DNA of 63,363 nucleotides, counting the filler, from Hyphochytrium catenoides (lineage: Eukaryota; Protista; Hyphochytriomycota): NCBI GenBank assembly GCA_900088475.1. It is 8 parts of 8 records of this genome, joined end to end, with 100 filler letters (N's around TTAATTAATTAA, not from the genome) between each part and the next. Parts side by side here need not be neighbours in the genome. Positions count along the whole stretch, not along the records: positions 34,690 to 47,371 come from FLMG01003495.1; positions 47,472 to 49,865 come from FLMG01001827.1; positions 49,966 to 52,230 come from FLMG01001429.1; 5 more parts are not named here. The stretch is one strand, 5' to 3'. How positions within the stretch are numbered: the stretch's first letter is position 1; every line of letters begins with the position of its first letter. The translations under genes were made by a program, and so were the position numbers. Of the stretch, positions 38,594 through 51,541 are shown in pieces. The notes below the pieces were generated by a model. It was not told where the DNA came from and ran no database searches. It saw only the letters and a program-made list of their open reading frames with translations.

Positions 38594-39266
38594 CTATTGC
38601 TGCAAGCCGTGGAACGCTAAAACCGCCTCCAGAATCTCCTGTTCATCCGCTTCTCTTCTCTCTTTCTCTATTCTCTTTCTCTCTCTCTCTTCTCTCTCTA
38701 TCCTCTCCCCATCCAGCCGCAATTGCGTGACCAGGTCACTGGCTGGGAGAGGAGGAGGAGGAGGCTCCTGATTAGCGCCATTCATTCCTATGGGGCCGCC
38801 CACGCTTCCAGAAGAGACTGGACCAGGGGGAGAGATCCAGCCCAAGGGAGAGAGAGACGAAGAGGAAGACGGCGGGGGAGGAGGAAGAGGAGGAGGAGGA
38901 ATGGCAGCAGGAAGAGGAATGGCAGCAGGAGAAGGAGAGAGCGGGAAGGGAGAAGATACATGGTTCTGCGGGAGAGAAGGAGGGAGAGACGGAGGGAGAG
39001 ACGGAGGGAGAGACGGAGGGAGAGAAGGACGGAGAGAAGGGTGGGGAGAGAGAGAGAAGTGGGGACTTGGGGCGGAAGAGGGTGGAGGATGAGGAGAGGA
39101 ATGGACATAGGGGAGCGGCTCGATGGATGCAGGGGCAGAGGAAGAGTGAGGAAGAATGTCTCCTTCTTCTCTTTCTTCCTCTTCATCATCAGAGTCCAGA
39201 AGATCAATGACATCAGGCTCTTGTCCAGCGGAAGGAACATTAGCTGCCGTTTCTGTTTAGGGGAGG

Positions 39267-39297
<31 letters not shown>

Positions 39298-39518
39298 GAC
39301 AAGAGAGAGTTAGTTTGTGTATGAGGCTTGATAACAAGGGAAGAGATGAGGTCAGAGAGAGAGAGAGAGAGAGAGATCAAATCGCAGTAATTGGCAGCCA
39401 GAGCGTAGGGTAATAGATTTGGCAGGAAACAAGGAGAGAGACACAGTAAACAAGGGAGACTGATAGAGAGAAAGATAGAGACGGCTCGGAAGACAGAGCG
39501 GCGGAGAAGAAGAAGAAG

Positions 39519-39563
<45 letters not shown>

Positions 39564-39865
39564 TGAGAGAGAGAGAGAGAGAGAAAGTGAGGGTGCAGGT
39601 AAGAGAGAGAGACAGAGGAAAAACGACAGAGAGGAAAATATAAGGAGAGAAACAGAGAGAGAGAGAGACTCCCTTACCGATGATATCGCCAATAGAGAAT
39701 TCAGAAGAGGATCCTGCCATGCCCGAGCCTTCAGAGAGAGAGATCTTGTCGTCTCCTCCTCCGTCTCCTTCCATCCCTTCTCCTCCTCCCCCTCTTCCTC
39801 TTCGTCTTCCTCCTCCTCCCTCTTCTTTCTTGCTCCGTGCCCAGCTCCCATCTGCCNNNNNNNNN

Positions 39866-39907
<42 letters not shown>

Positions 39908-40812
39908 AGAGACAGAGAGACAGAGAAGAGATGGAGCGGCGTAAGCGTTTGTTCAATGTGTTCCAGAGACACCAAGTCCACAGAGAGGAATAGGGGAGTC
40001 ATGATAGGAGAGGGAGTCAGAGAGAGAGAGAGAAAACCCCTACTCACTGATGAAGCGGGAGATGACGACAGGACGTGAAGCTAAAGACGAGAAAGAAGCA
40101 GAGGTCTATCAGGGAATCATGAACAGGGCTACAGTCCACGGGGAGAGGGGAAGATAGAGAGAGAAACACACACAAGAGACAGACAGACATTGAGGGACAA
40201 AGCGAGAGCTAGACAGGCAGACAGACAGACAAGAAGAAAGAGTGGGAGAGTGCGGGAGAGAGAGAGAGAAAGAAAGAGAGAGAGAAGGGGAGAGAGAGCG
40301 TGAAAGAAAGGGGGAGGAGGCCCACTCACTTTGTTACAGACTGGGCACTTCCACTTGGCGTTAGAGGCCGCTCTATTGAATTGAAGGTAGGTCGCCAGGT
40401 CGAAGCATTGCAGGTGCGAGCAGTTCTCTCCTCTTCCAGGAACGATGATCCGCCCCAGGCCCAGAGAGCAACGGAGAGAGATGTTCGTCGATGTTGCCAT
40501 GATCTCCACATCACTCTCTTCTCCCTCTCCCTCTCTCTCTCCGTCCTTGTCTCTCTTCTCTCCTCCTCCAAACGAACGGGCAACATTCTCTCTCGCTTCT
40601 TCTTCCGTCTTCTTCTCGCTTCTCTTTCTAATTTCTTGAATGATCTCTTCATTGGTCTTCAGCCTAACTTTTTGTATGAGGATGGCGTATCTCTGATAGT
40701 CCATGAAGCTTATTTCTATGGTGTTGGTCCCCGCGGCCACGTACTGAGAGATATCTAGCGGCTTGTCCACCTGGTTCTTTGCTTTGGATGGGTCTAAGGT
40801 ATACTGCAAGAA

Positions 40813-40843
<31 letters not shown>

Positions 40844-41251
40844 CAGAGAAAAAAAAAGAGAGAGAGAGAAATATAAAAAGAGAGAGAGAACATAGAAAGA
40901 GAGATCAAGTAGCAAGAGAGAGAGGGGGCAGAGAGAGAGAGAGGGAGGGAAGGAGAGAGAGAAGGGGAGGAGAGAGAGAGAAAGCGAGAAGGAGAGAAAG
41001 AGAAAACCAGAGAGATAGAAACGGGGCAGGTGGAGGGAGTAAGAGTGCGAGAAATAACAGAATACCGAAAGATGAGAGAGAGAAGAGAGGGAAGGACGAG
41101 GTAGCATGAGAATGCGGTATCATTTGCCTCTCTCTCTCTGGCGTTCTCGCCCGTTTCCTCGTCTCTCTTCGTTGTCCTCTCTTCTCTTCCGCGCGGCCCT
41201 GCTCTCTGCTATTCTCTCTCACTCTGACTCTTGTGCTCCCTTGACTCTCTC

Positions 41252-41291
<40 letters not shown>

Positions 41292-41620
41292 GTCTCTCTT
41301 ACCTCAAAAATGGTTCTATAGTTCACTCTTATCATGAGAGACTGAGGCCACTTATGTCCTTCCTCGGCTCCTCCTAACGTCCTGATACAGCGCAGCTGCA
41401 GCCTCACGCCTCCCGGCTTGGGAGGATTGCCTTTCTCTCCCATGAGAGAGAGAAAGACTTCGTGAAACTCCGCATGAGAGAGAGAGAAAGTCTTTACGTC
41501 AAATCTTCCATAAGATTTACTGGCGACGACCAGAGGACCCAGCTTGGTGCTGACAACCTACAATAAAGACAGAGAAACAGACCATGAGAATTGACTAAGA
41601 CTACGGATTGAAGGGAGGGT

Positions 41621-41694
<74 letters not shown>

Positions 41695-41899
41695 AACAGG
41701 GAGACCATAGAGAGAAAAGACAAATCAAAGAGACGCAACCCAGAGAGAGAGACGGAGAGAGAGAAAAGGAAGAGACAGAAATGGGCTGGAGCAGGGGCTT
41801 TATTCTCCTGGCAAAGTGGGAGAAGTTGAGCCAACCAAGAGAGGGAAAGGAAGGGCGCAACTAGAGACACAAGCAGAAACCTTCAAATGGAATAAAAGC

Positions 41900-41950
<51 letters not shown>

Positions 41951-42559
41951 TACCTCGGCGAAGGGGTCGGCATCCATACTTCTACAGCGCGGACAGTGCC
42001 AGGCTCCCTCAGGGATGACGCCCTCCGAGTACATCCCCAGGCAAGAGATATGAAGCCACGCGGCGCAGCGATCACACTGAATCGTCGTTCCCCCCCGGGC
42101 AGAGGCGTTTCTCCCTCCACAAAGGCAGTCCACCACCCCCAGAGGTGATGTACTTGGAGTGTGGGAGACAGGAGATACCCCTGGGGAAGTGAAAAGGACA
42201 GATCAAGAAGTTAGGTGGAAGAGAGAGAGAGAGACAGAGAGAGAGAGAGCGAGGGAGGGAGGGGGANNNNNNNNNNNNNNNNNNNNNNNNNNNNNNNNNN
42301 NNNGAGAGAGGGAGAGTACCAGCTCGTACCTGGTGCTGGTTTTAAACTCCCATGTTGTTGCTGTTGGGAGAGAGAGACAGGAGCAATGGTAGCCGCTCTC
42401 TTCCCCTGAAGCATCCCATTGTAAACCTCAGAGATCGCTCCCTCCACTTCCTTCAGCGTCAGGCCGATCGGGAGAGCGCCTAAGTTTGCATGGCGTAAGT
42501 GGCTCCTGTCCTCGTGGGAGACGGCCTGAGATAGGAATGAGAGAGAGACAGAGACAGAC

Positions 42560-42600
<41 letters not shown>

Positions 42601-43302
42601 CAAAGAGTGAGAGAGGGAGTGACAAAGAGTGTTCGAGAGAGAGAGAGAAAAGAGATGGAGAGAAAGGGCTGACAANNNNNNNNNNNNNNNNNNNNNNNNN
42701 NNNNNNNNNNNNNNNNNNNNNNNNNNNNNNNNNNNNNNNNNNNNNNNNNNNNNNNNNNNNNNNNNNNNNNNNNNNNNNNNNNNAGAGAGACAAAGAGTGA
42801 GAGAGAGAGAGACAAAGAGTGAGAGAGGGAGTGACAAAGAGTGTGTCAGAGAGAGAGAGAAAAGAGATGGAGAGAAAGGGCTGACAAGAGCAGAAGAGAA
42901 TGAGGGCAACCAGAGCGTAGATTGAAGAGAGACAACTAAACCTAATATTTGATGGAGAGAGAGGGTAGAAAGGGAGAGAGAGAGAGAGAACAAGAGGGAG
43001 GGGAGGGAGAGAGAGAGAAAGAGAGAGAAATCGAAAAGGTGTCTCTGTGTGATCCAAAAGAGAGCGGAGAGAGGGAGAAAAGATAAGAGAGGATGAGAAG
43101 CACAGAAGAGAGAGACAGAAATGTGAGATAGAGAGAGAGAGAAGATCCTTACGTATAGAATGTTGGCCACTCTATCGAGCAGCTCTTGTTTCCTTCCCCC
43201 TCTGGAGAGTCCAAGCTTGTACAGAACCTGCTTCAGCTCTGGCACCCGCAGCTCCCCTAACATTACCTGAGGGCTGAGACCCTCTAACCTTCTCTTCGGC
43301 AT
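38594..43302 (-). CDS. SIZ1: SIZ/PIAS-family SUMO E3 ligase with SAP, PHD finger and SP-RING (MIZ) domains; multi-exon, N gaps inside
   Basis: SAP LRVPELKQVLYKLGLSRGGRKQELLDRV; PHD DCLCG...IQCDRCAAWLHISC...WHCPRC; SP-RING ISLRCSLGLGRIIVPGRGENCSHLQCFDL..YL.....KWKCPVC; acidic SIM-like DVIDLLDSDDEE (~39175-39215). The C-terminus is taken from ORF 38594..38845. Confidence 0.88.
42595..42890. repeat. Duplicated ~80-nt minisatellite unit in SIZ1 intron 1, on both sides of an N gap
   Basis: gacaaagagtgagagagggagtgacaaagagtg...gagagaaaagagatggagagaaagggctgacaa occurs at ~42599-42675 and ~42811-42886. Confidence 0.8.
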
Positions 43303-43304
43303 CT

Positions 43305-43328
43305 GTTTCTGTCTCTCCCTCTCTCTCG

Positions 43329-43365
<37 letters not shown>

Positions 43366-44470
43366 TAATTTCTCCCTTTCTCTCTTTGCTCTGTGTCACC
43401 GGCTATAGAGAAGGTCCCTCTGTCTCGGGCGTTAGATTGCAGGCAAGAGACGCACGGATGGCCTTAATCTTGGTCTTCTCTCTCTCTTTTTTCTCTCTTT
43501 CTCTCTCGCCGCTCCTCTCGGTGTTAGTCTTCAGCACCGGAAAGGAAGAGAGGAAGAGAGAGCGTGCAGCGCATAGCAGACCACACTATTGATATGTCGA
43601 AGCTACAGAGACGAAGAACAACGACGCGCGGGTTGTTGAAGACGTAAGATCTCTTTCTCGGTTTCTTCTCTCTCTTTCTCTTGCTCTTGTTGCTCTTCCC
43701 TAGCCTCTGCCGCGCCTAACGGTTCCGTCTCTCTGTCTTCCTTATGTGGGATCGCTCTGTGGTGTCTGTCTTTCTCTCTTCTCTCGCTCGCTCTACAGAC
43801 TACTGAAGAGAGAGAAGAGCCTGAGCTGCTCCCCGTGCTGGGATAGAAGATGTGTCAATAGCAGGAGGTGATGTCTCTCTCTCTCTGTCTCTCTCTCTCC
43901 ACCCCTACAAACAATTTTCCTATTATTCTCTCGCTCTGTCTCTCTTCAACTGCATCTCCCTTTCTTTTTTCCTGTATCACCTTTATCTCTCTTCTTTCTC
44001 TGTCTCTCTCTCTCTCTCTCTCTCTTTTCTCTCTCTCTCTCTCCACGAGCAGCTCATCATAAAGGTTAACCTATAGAAAGGCGAACAGTTGAGGTCTTTC
44101 CTTCCTAACTCTATTCTCAGTCATCAGATTGCGAGAGAGAGGCAGAGAGGGACAGCGAGAGAGAGAGAGAGAGAGAGACAGAGAGAGAGACAGAGAGACA
44201 GAGAGAGAGCGAGAGAGAGAGAGAGAAAGAGAGAAAGAGAGAAAGAGAGAGACAGAGAGAGAAAGAGCGAAGAGTGGAGGAGAGAGAGTGAGAGTGAGAG
44301 ACAGAGGATAGTAAAAGACAGTAACGCTGAGCCAGAGAGAGAGACAAAAGGAAAGCGAGGGACACAGAGTGTCCAACAGCAAGAGTTTCTTGCGGATAAA
44401 CAGGCGTGAGAGGTAGAAGGATAGAGAGACAGAGTAAGAGAGAGACACCGAGAGAGAATCGAGAGAGGCA
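43305..44470. repeat. (CT)n followed by (GA)n microsatellite-rich region upstream of SIZ1
   Basis: Dinucleotide runs read directly. Confidence 0.85.
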
Positions 44471-47371
44471 ACGTGGCTGGCACGAGCCAACAAACGTCAG
44501 CTTGATAAATACTTCACATATATATATCACTTTATCTATCTGCTGCGCTCTGTCTAGCGCCCTCATTCTACTTATTACGGTACCGCACATATCTCCTTCT
44601 CAGTCTGTCTATTGAGCAGAGTGCCTCTGTCTTTTCCAACGCAACTTCCCCCTTGACAAGGGGTCAAACTCAGACTCCATACCCCTTTACAACCTAGGAA
44701 CTCTGCCGCTCCCTTTATAAGGGTTGCTCAGCCTAGTGCGATAACCGGTCACGGACCACTCAGCCAAATCTCACTTTAGTTATCACTCTACTCTCTATGA
44801 TTACTTTTCATCAACGTTGATTCTTCCTTCGGTGACGAGTGTGAGCTGCTGCTGATGATGAAGAAGAGATCAAGGCTTTGTAGCTCTTATTGTCTCTGTT
44901 CTTCTTCCTCTTCTTCTTCTTCTTCCCTTTCTTTTTTTGAGTAGTAGTAGCTATTGATTACACAGAAAAAAAATAAAGCATCATAGTAGTACATACTTTT
45001 CTCCTCCCTGCTTCTTACACTATTTTGTTACAGTTACCTTCGTACCGCTTGAACACTCATAAATTTGAAGAATATACCGGGTGGAAGGCATAGCTTCTTT
45101 GATGGGAGCAATACTTCAACCTTACTACTAACAGCAGGAGACGTCCCACTACTACCGCGTATATATATAGCTGTATATGTACATATAGCTACTACTTTTT
45201 TTCACTTCTTTGCTCTTGGCCACGGCAGAGGAGATGATGGTGGTGCTCCGTCATCGGCACCAGCCTTTTCACCTTCAGAATGTGGTCTTGCTGGACAGCT
45301 TCCGAATGCTGTGGCGGAAGGAGGAGCGCGCAGGGCTGCTACTCTTTTAACAACGTTGGACACTTCTTCTTTTAGTTGTCCTACACTAGTGTTATTATCG
45401 TCCTTTGTTAGCTTACCTTTTGGTTGAGAACAGCTGTCGCATGTCATTATTGTTCCTCCTTCGTTATTCGTTCTACTATGATGCTCCCTCTATGTTTGTT
45501 ACTAAATGTAGGTCCTTTTGTTCAAAGTTCTTTGGCAATAATACTAGGCTAGCAATCATTGTCTTTAATCTCCAAAGCACAAACAGGTGTTTGTACTTGG
45601 CGAGAAAAGCAATAGCAGCTACTTCATAATGAATCCGTACCCACTCCACTTCATCACTTTGAGACTTGTGCTACTTAAGAAGTCGACTAAGGTGGGGCGA
45701 AACCTCTTCTCATTATTATGTAACTTCATTCCTTCATCGTCAGTCGTCCCAAGAAGGAAGAGGAAGAGTCAACAATATTTTAAGAAGTAGTCATTTTGGG
45801 TCATTATTCACCTTTCTTCAGAAACAACTAGATAGCACTTCAGAGCAGAGCGCTCTCATCGGCCGAGACTTCTTCTGTACAGTATTCTTCCTCAGCACCT
45901 TTTGAAGAAGGAAGACTTCTTTATTAACCTTTTGAATGATGAGAGCACAGTGGTGACCGAGGAGTAGTAAAATTAAATAACAATAAGGAAGCTCTGTTCT
46001 GTTGTTGCTGTCCTCGAATCTTACTAGTCTCTTCTACTTCTTGCTCTCGCGTTCCTAGACTAGCGTGACCAACAGAAAGAAGAAGTGCCTCCAACAATAT
46101 AATGTAATATAGGTAGTTAGAAAAAAGAAGATATTACCGCCTATCCAAAGACACCACTACCTAGCTCCTCCTCTATCCTCTATATGAGTGGTTCGTCGGT
46201 CATCATATTTCTTTCCTGGCAACTGACTTATTATGCTCCCTCCTCACTCTCTATGATAAAATATTATATGTTCACACCTAAATAATAATAAGCCTCCTGG
46301 TCTTCTTGCGTGATGACTAACTGATGATAAAGGTGGTAGCACCAGCTAGTGCCTCAGCAAGATCACCTTCGTCTTCGGACTTCTTCACCAGTCAGCTGTG
46401 TGAAGGTACTCTTCTGGAGTATTTCAGATGATGACGCTGCTCACCACCCATCCTTCTGCGGCCGGCTAGGGTACAAGGAAGAAAGGTGGCTCTTTCACAG
46501 CAGAGGAGGAAGAAGCGGCGGAAAGTCTCAAGAATTTTGGGATGAGGAAGAAGCGGAAAGCTCAAGAATTTTGGAGTGAGAGGAGGAGAGTTTGTCGTTG
46601 GAAGAAGACTGACTCTCAAGCAGCAGCACGGAAGAGGTCTAGACAGCAAACCCAGGAGGAACCAGCAGGGCAGAAGAAGGGCGAAGAAGGATGACGTCGA
46701 AGAAGGAGCTTCGTGGTGAACGCACGCTTACCGAGTGAGCTGAAGCGTGATGAGAAGCAAGCACCTGTTGAGAGAGCAAGTGAACAAGGAAAGAAAGCAC
46801 TTTCCCTTCTCTCTGTCCAAAAGCGCGGGAATTTTTGAACTCCAACGGCTCTATTAGCTCAGCCCCGCTCAATGTTTCATATATTCCACTAAAGCAATAA
46901 TACATATTAGTACCCCAAATCCACATCCCCCGAAATGGTCTGGAAAGAATAGAAAGATAACGAAGGTTTCCTTAGTTCGAATCGAAAGTGAGAATCGTCC
47001 ACATACTACTCGTAGTGCGGCGCTCGACATCTCTCACTTGAAGGTCGGTTCCAAACATTCATACATAAGGCTTACATTACATAAAACCAGCAGAAGTTTA
47101 CCACGTTGATGGTGAGTGTCCCCGGTCCCAGTGGGTCCCTTCCTCCAGTTATTATTTTGGGGGTAACCCTTTCAGAAGACAAGGAAAGATTTTGCCGCGC
47201 AAATGATGGTATCGAACGGCATCACGAAACATACCACTTCTGTTTCTTTCGTTTCTTTCATCATATATATGTAAAATAAATCTATTTGTTTCCTTCCTGA
47301 AAGCTTTACTGTGACGCTGCGTGGGCTTCGGTTGGCGGGTAATAAACCTAAGGATACCGAAATAATAAGCT

Positions 47372-47471
47372 NNNNNNNNNNNNNNNNNNNNNNNNNNNNN
47401 NNNNNNNNNNNNNNNTTAATTAATTAANNNNNNNNNNNNNNNNNNNNNNNNNNNNNNNNNNNNNNNNNNNN
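47372..47471. other. Artificial contig spacer
   Basis: 44N-TTAATTAATTAA-44N. Confidence 0.97.
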
Positions 47472-49865
47472 GCGGATGTAACACTCCGGGTCTCTCCTGT
47501 AGTTGCCACGCGTCTCTCTTAAGGCTTATGGGGTCGCTCTTCCTCTACTACGATCCTCCCTCTATTCCTCTTCCTTGTTCCTCAACAATATTGTCACACT
47601 CTCTCCCAGTCCGTGCCCTGTCTTTTTTTTACGGTCACTCTCTTGGTTCTCTCTATGAGGAATCATTCTCTGCCTTTCCTCCATGTGCAGCAGATGCATT
47701 CAGCAGAGGTCCTCAGCAGCACTACTTCTTCATTAACATTAATTCTTTCATCTCTCTGCATTTGAACGTTCCAGATGCACGCTAGCCTAGCATGACGACC
47801 TCTACTTAGCAACGCTGGCGCTCAGGACCCCCTTGCACTGCCAAAGCCAAGCAGTCTTTTCTGGTTAACAGCCCCGGCCAAAGGCAGCAGCCATGAAGAG
47901 AACGATATAGTTAGACTGGCAAAAGTGTCTAGTAGTCTCTCTCACTCTCTNNNNNNNNNNNNNNNNNNNNNNNNNNNNNNNNNNNNNNNNNNNNNNNNNN
48001 NNNNNNNNNNNNNNNNNNNNNNNNNNNNNNNNNNNNNNNNNNNNNNNNNNNNNNNNNNNNNNNNNNNNNNNNNNNNNNNNNNNNNNNNNNNCAGTTCCAC
48101 CTGTCCCTTTCTTTTTTGTTCTCTCCAACTCTCTTCTGGTCTTTCTTTCAGAACTTATATAATCTCTCTCTCTCAATCTGCTTTTCTGTCGTTACTCTTT
48201 CGCCTGCGTTTGGGGACTTTCTCGCTTTTCTTCTATCTCCCACCTCTGCTTATTATTTTCTCCCAAAGTCACTGTTACTTTCTCTTCACTCTCACTTTTC
48301 ACCTTCCTCTCTGCCTCTCTTCCTGGTTGTCTGGTTGTCTCTCCCCTTCTCTTCTCTTCCCCTCTACCTGTTACATGTATATCTCCTCTGACGGCTGCTA
48401 ACCACCTGATTGCACACTGGACAGGGATCGAACGGTGTATGGGATATGACCTCTCCTCTTTGAGAGTACTCCCAGGGCGGGTAGTCCCGACTAGAATCAG
48501 CAGCGAATGGCGCTGACAAAGGATGCTCTCTTCCTCCCCTTTCTTCTCTTTCTCTTTGCATGTTATTAGAATAGCCTGTTGACACTACTTCTCTTGCATG
48601 TTACTCTTTTATCTTTGCATTCTCAGGTAGACTGACTCTCTCGCAAGGGAGACGCCCTCTTACCCTCTATACCTCAGTGAATAAACTTCTTTCTGAAGTA
48701 GAAGACCCTTTGCTACTTGCGCGTGTTCCCGCGAGTCTTCCTCTGCGTGGTTCTTGTCTGAACTGAGGCCTGGCCAGCCAAGGTACAGATAGGGCACCTT
48801 CTTTTTCACACTTTCTCGAGAGCTGCAGCAGTCTCTCATATGATAATGTTACACTGTGAACAATGAAGATTGAACGAAGTGACAAAGAGAGGGACAGCAT
48901 TTAGCATAAGAAAGGGATTGACGAAGATGAAATTGTGATAGAAACGTATACACGAGACATGAGAGAGGAAGGGTGCTATAGAAGAAAAAGCCGATAAAAA
49001 GAGGAGCAATGAGGTGATAGAGAACCGACTCAGAACTAGGTAAACGTTGACGCTCAGGTCACAACGGAAAGGAAAGCTGCTACTTATAATCTGGTTAGCG
49101 CTAGAGTGTTCTTTACTAGGCTTCCTCTGTGCCTACCATTAGCGTACTCGTACAAGAGAGACGAGTCTCGGGAGGCATTCCAAGAGGCTCTAAACGCTAC
49201 AAAGACGTAATAGCACAGTGGGACAAATGCGAGAGAAGAAGAAGAGTAAGGATCATGACAAGAAAGGTCTATCTCGCTCGACAAGACGAATGGGCTCGAC
49301 AGCCACGGGACGGGTTCTGACCACTTCGCTGCCAGCAGCCAGCACAAGTAGTACACACATGTCTGGTCGCTCGTGGTAGATTCTAGGAGAAAAGCTCGGC
49401 TTTTATGGTTAGGAAGCGAGGTAAAAAGTCCCTCGAGTAAACTTCTTAGAAGCGGCCACAGAGGAGAAGGAACTGATGACGATTCAACTTGGTACGGCTA
49501 CTTCTTCGTCATGCCAGCAGGCTGGAGTGGCGTCGTGTCCTTCAATCAATCAACCGCAGTCAACCAACAACATCAACATACAGTCAGAGACACTCTGGTT
49601 CAAATATTATGACTCTCGCTCTTGCCTCTAAATCACTCTGCCATAGAAAGGAGCTGAGCTGAGCTAGTTGTGTTCGACTGGGACGCTAACTCATAACCGG
49701 TATTCTGAGGAAAGCATCCTGCTGAGAGAGAGAAAAGAGGAGGACGGACATCTTGTCGGAGGAGGAAAAAGGATTGGAGAGTTAGCGGGAGCACAAGAGA
49801 GAGCGTGCCAAGAGGAATGCAGGCGGAGAGAGAGGCAGCCATAAGTAAAGCGGGAGACATGGGAA

Positions 49866-49965
49866 NNNNNNNNNNNNNNNNNNNNNNNNNNNNNNNNNNN
49901 NNNNNNNNNTTAATTAATTAANNNNNNNNNNNNNNNNNNNNNNNNNNNNNNNNNNNNNNNNNNNN
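49866..49965. other. Artificial contig spacer
   Basis: 44N-TTAATTAATTAA-44N. Confidence 0.97.
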
Positions 49966-51541
49966 CCGCCTCACACTTACTTTATAGGCAGTGACACAGT
50001 CCTGGCAGGTGTGCAAGGAATACTCGGTCCTACAGTCAAATCGGGCGATCACCTGCTGAGAGTCAGTGCCCTATCTCGAGTTGAAAACGCTATGAAGGCC
50101 AGTGATCTACCTTCAGCATAGAGAGGTACATCTTTTGGGCGTTGGAGTCTGCAATCAGCCCGTCTGGATCTAGAGCGTCAAGCACTACTGAGTAACTGAC
50201 CTGTACCATGGATGAGTAAGCGCCTGAGAGCAGGAAGTGCGAGTAAAGGACTAGAAAGGGGATGACAACAAGAACGCTGAGAACCAGAGAAACAGGTATA
50301 GAGACTAAAGACTGACAGAGAGACACAGAGGTTTGAGTGAGAGGACCAGAGGAAAAACGCACATCCAGAGAGAACGAAGGCGGGAGAGAAAGTACGCATG
50401 ACAGATAAGGGCCGTTCTGGAGAAGAGGATGCTCATGTACCATGGAACAGAAGGATAAAGCTGTCCCATTGAACTCTGGTATGCACACAGGATTCTTGAC
50501 CGTCACTAAGGCAAGGTCTTTTGGAGTCTCTTTGGATTGCGCCACTGCATTGCCCAGAACATACTTGCAGGACCAAGCTAGGCAGACTGTTAAGAAGATA
50601 CCTGTGACACCACGTGAGCCTTCGGACTATAAAAGAAGGGAAAGGAAAAACCCAGAGAGAGAGAAGTGGAGAGAGCAATGCAGCAAAACGAAAGTATGGC
50701 CTCTTAGATTGAGAGACCGTGGGTCCCAGTCAAGCTTAGAAGAAGCTACAATGGCAAGAGGTAATAAAGAATAGTCACTCACAGGCCTCCCAGACCCCAG
50801 GCCACCGCCGCCTCATTGAGCTATACTGGCTCTCTCTGCCCCGACAGGGCATCCAGGCGGTAATCAACATCGGCTCATGGTTCCTATCAATGATACTCCG
50901 TCTGTCGTGCAGTCAGAGCACAGGTATCCTGTCTGCCTTTTGACATAAATCTCTCCACAATGGCTCCCTGTCTGAGGCCTTGACCCGGCGGTCATATACC
51001 TTCTGCTGCTCTTCCCAAATCTTCTCTTTGATCCAGCGTTCCTCGCTCTCACGCAACCACCGGAGCTACCTTCCTCGCCTAGCAGGCTAGCATGCACTCT
51101 TTACGACTTAACAACGTGCAGAGCAGCTCATATTGCAGAGGCACAGCGCTCCTAGCCAAGTGCTGGCAGCTCTCTGACATGCTGGCTTCCAGCGGTCAGA
51201 TGTCGTCCATGGTTGAGTGCACTCAGCCAACGTCGCAGGCTTCTCCGTCCGTTATTATCGCTGAATGAGATCATTGGAAAGATTCACGCAGGAAATATTC
51301 CAGTAAAGAAAGTTACATTCTTTAGAAAAAGGTTAAGCATTTTCTGCATTTTCTAAGGTTATTCGTAATATAATCTCTTTTATGACTGAAAGCTTTTGTG
51401 GTGAACTACCCCTCCTACCCTCCCGGGACCTCCAGGCCCATCCACCCCTCCAACCTATGGCCTGTCTGCTCCCAAGTCTCCCGAACCATCTAAAGGCAGT
51501 CACCAATTTCCCTGACTTCACATAAGTCGGAGTCTCCTTCA

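Noticed and set aside
34845-44615. Many ORF-track entries rich in SLSL or RERE
   Set aside because: Translations of (CT)n/(GA)n microsatellites, which lack stop codons; not genes.
44648-44725. Short hairpins ccccttgacaagggg and cccctttataaggg
   Set aside because: Too short, no matching partner end found; cannot be called a transposon terminus or terminator.
45000-47371. Degenerate coding-like minus-strand sequence (for example ORF 45202..45447)
   Set aside because: Many stops and no diagnostic motif; may be a transposon relic but is not supportable.
47477-48375. Solo LTR bounded by TGTAACA...TGTTACA
   Set aside because: Flanks (gcgga / tgtat) are not a target-site duplication, no primer-binding site follows, and a 7-nt inverted match can occur by chance.
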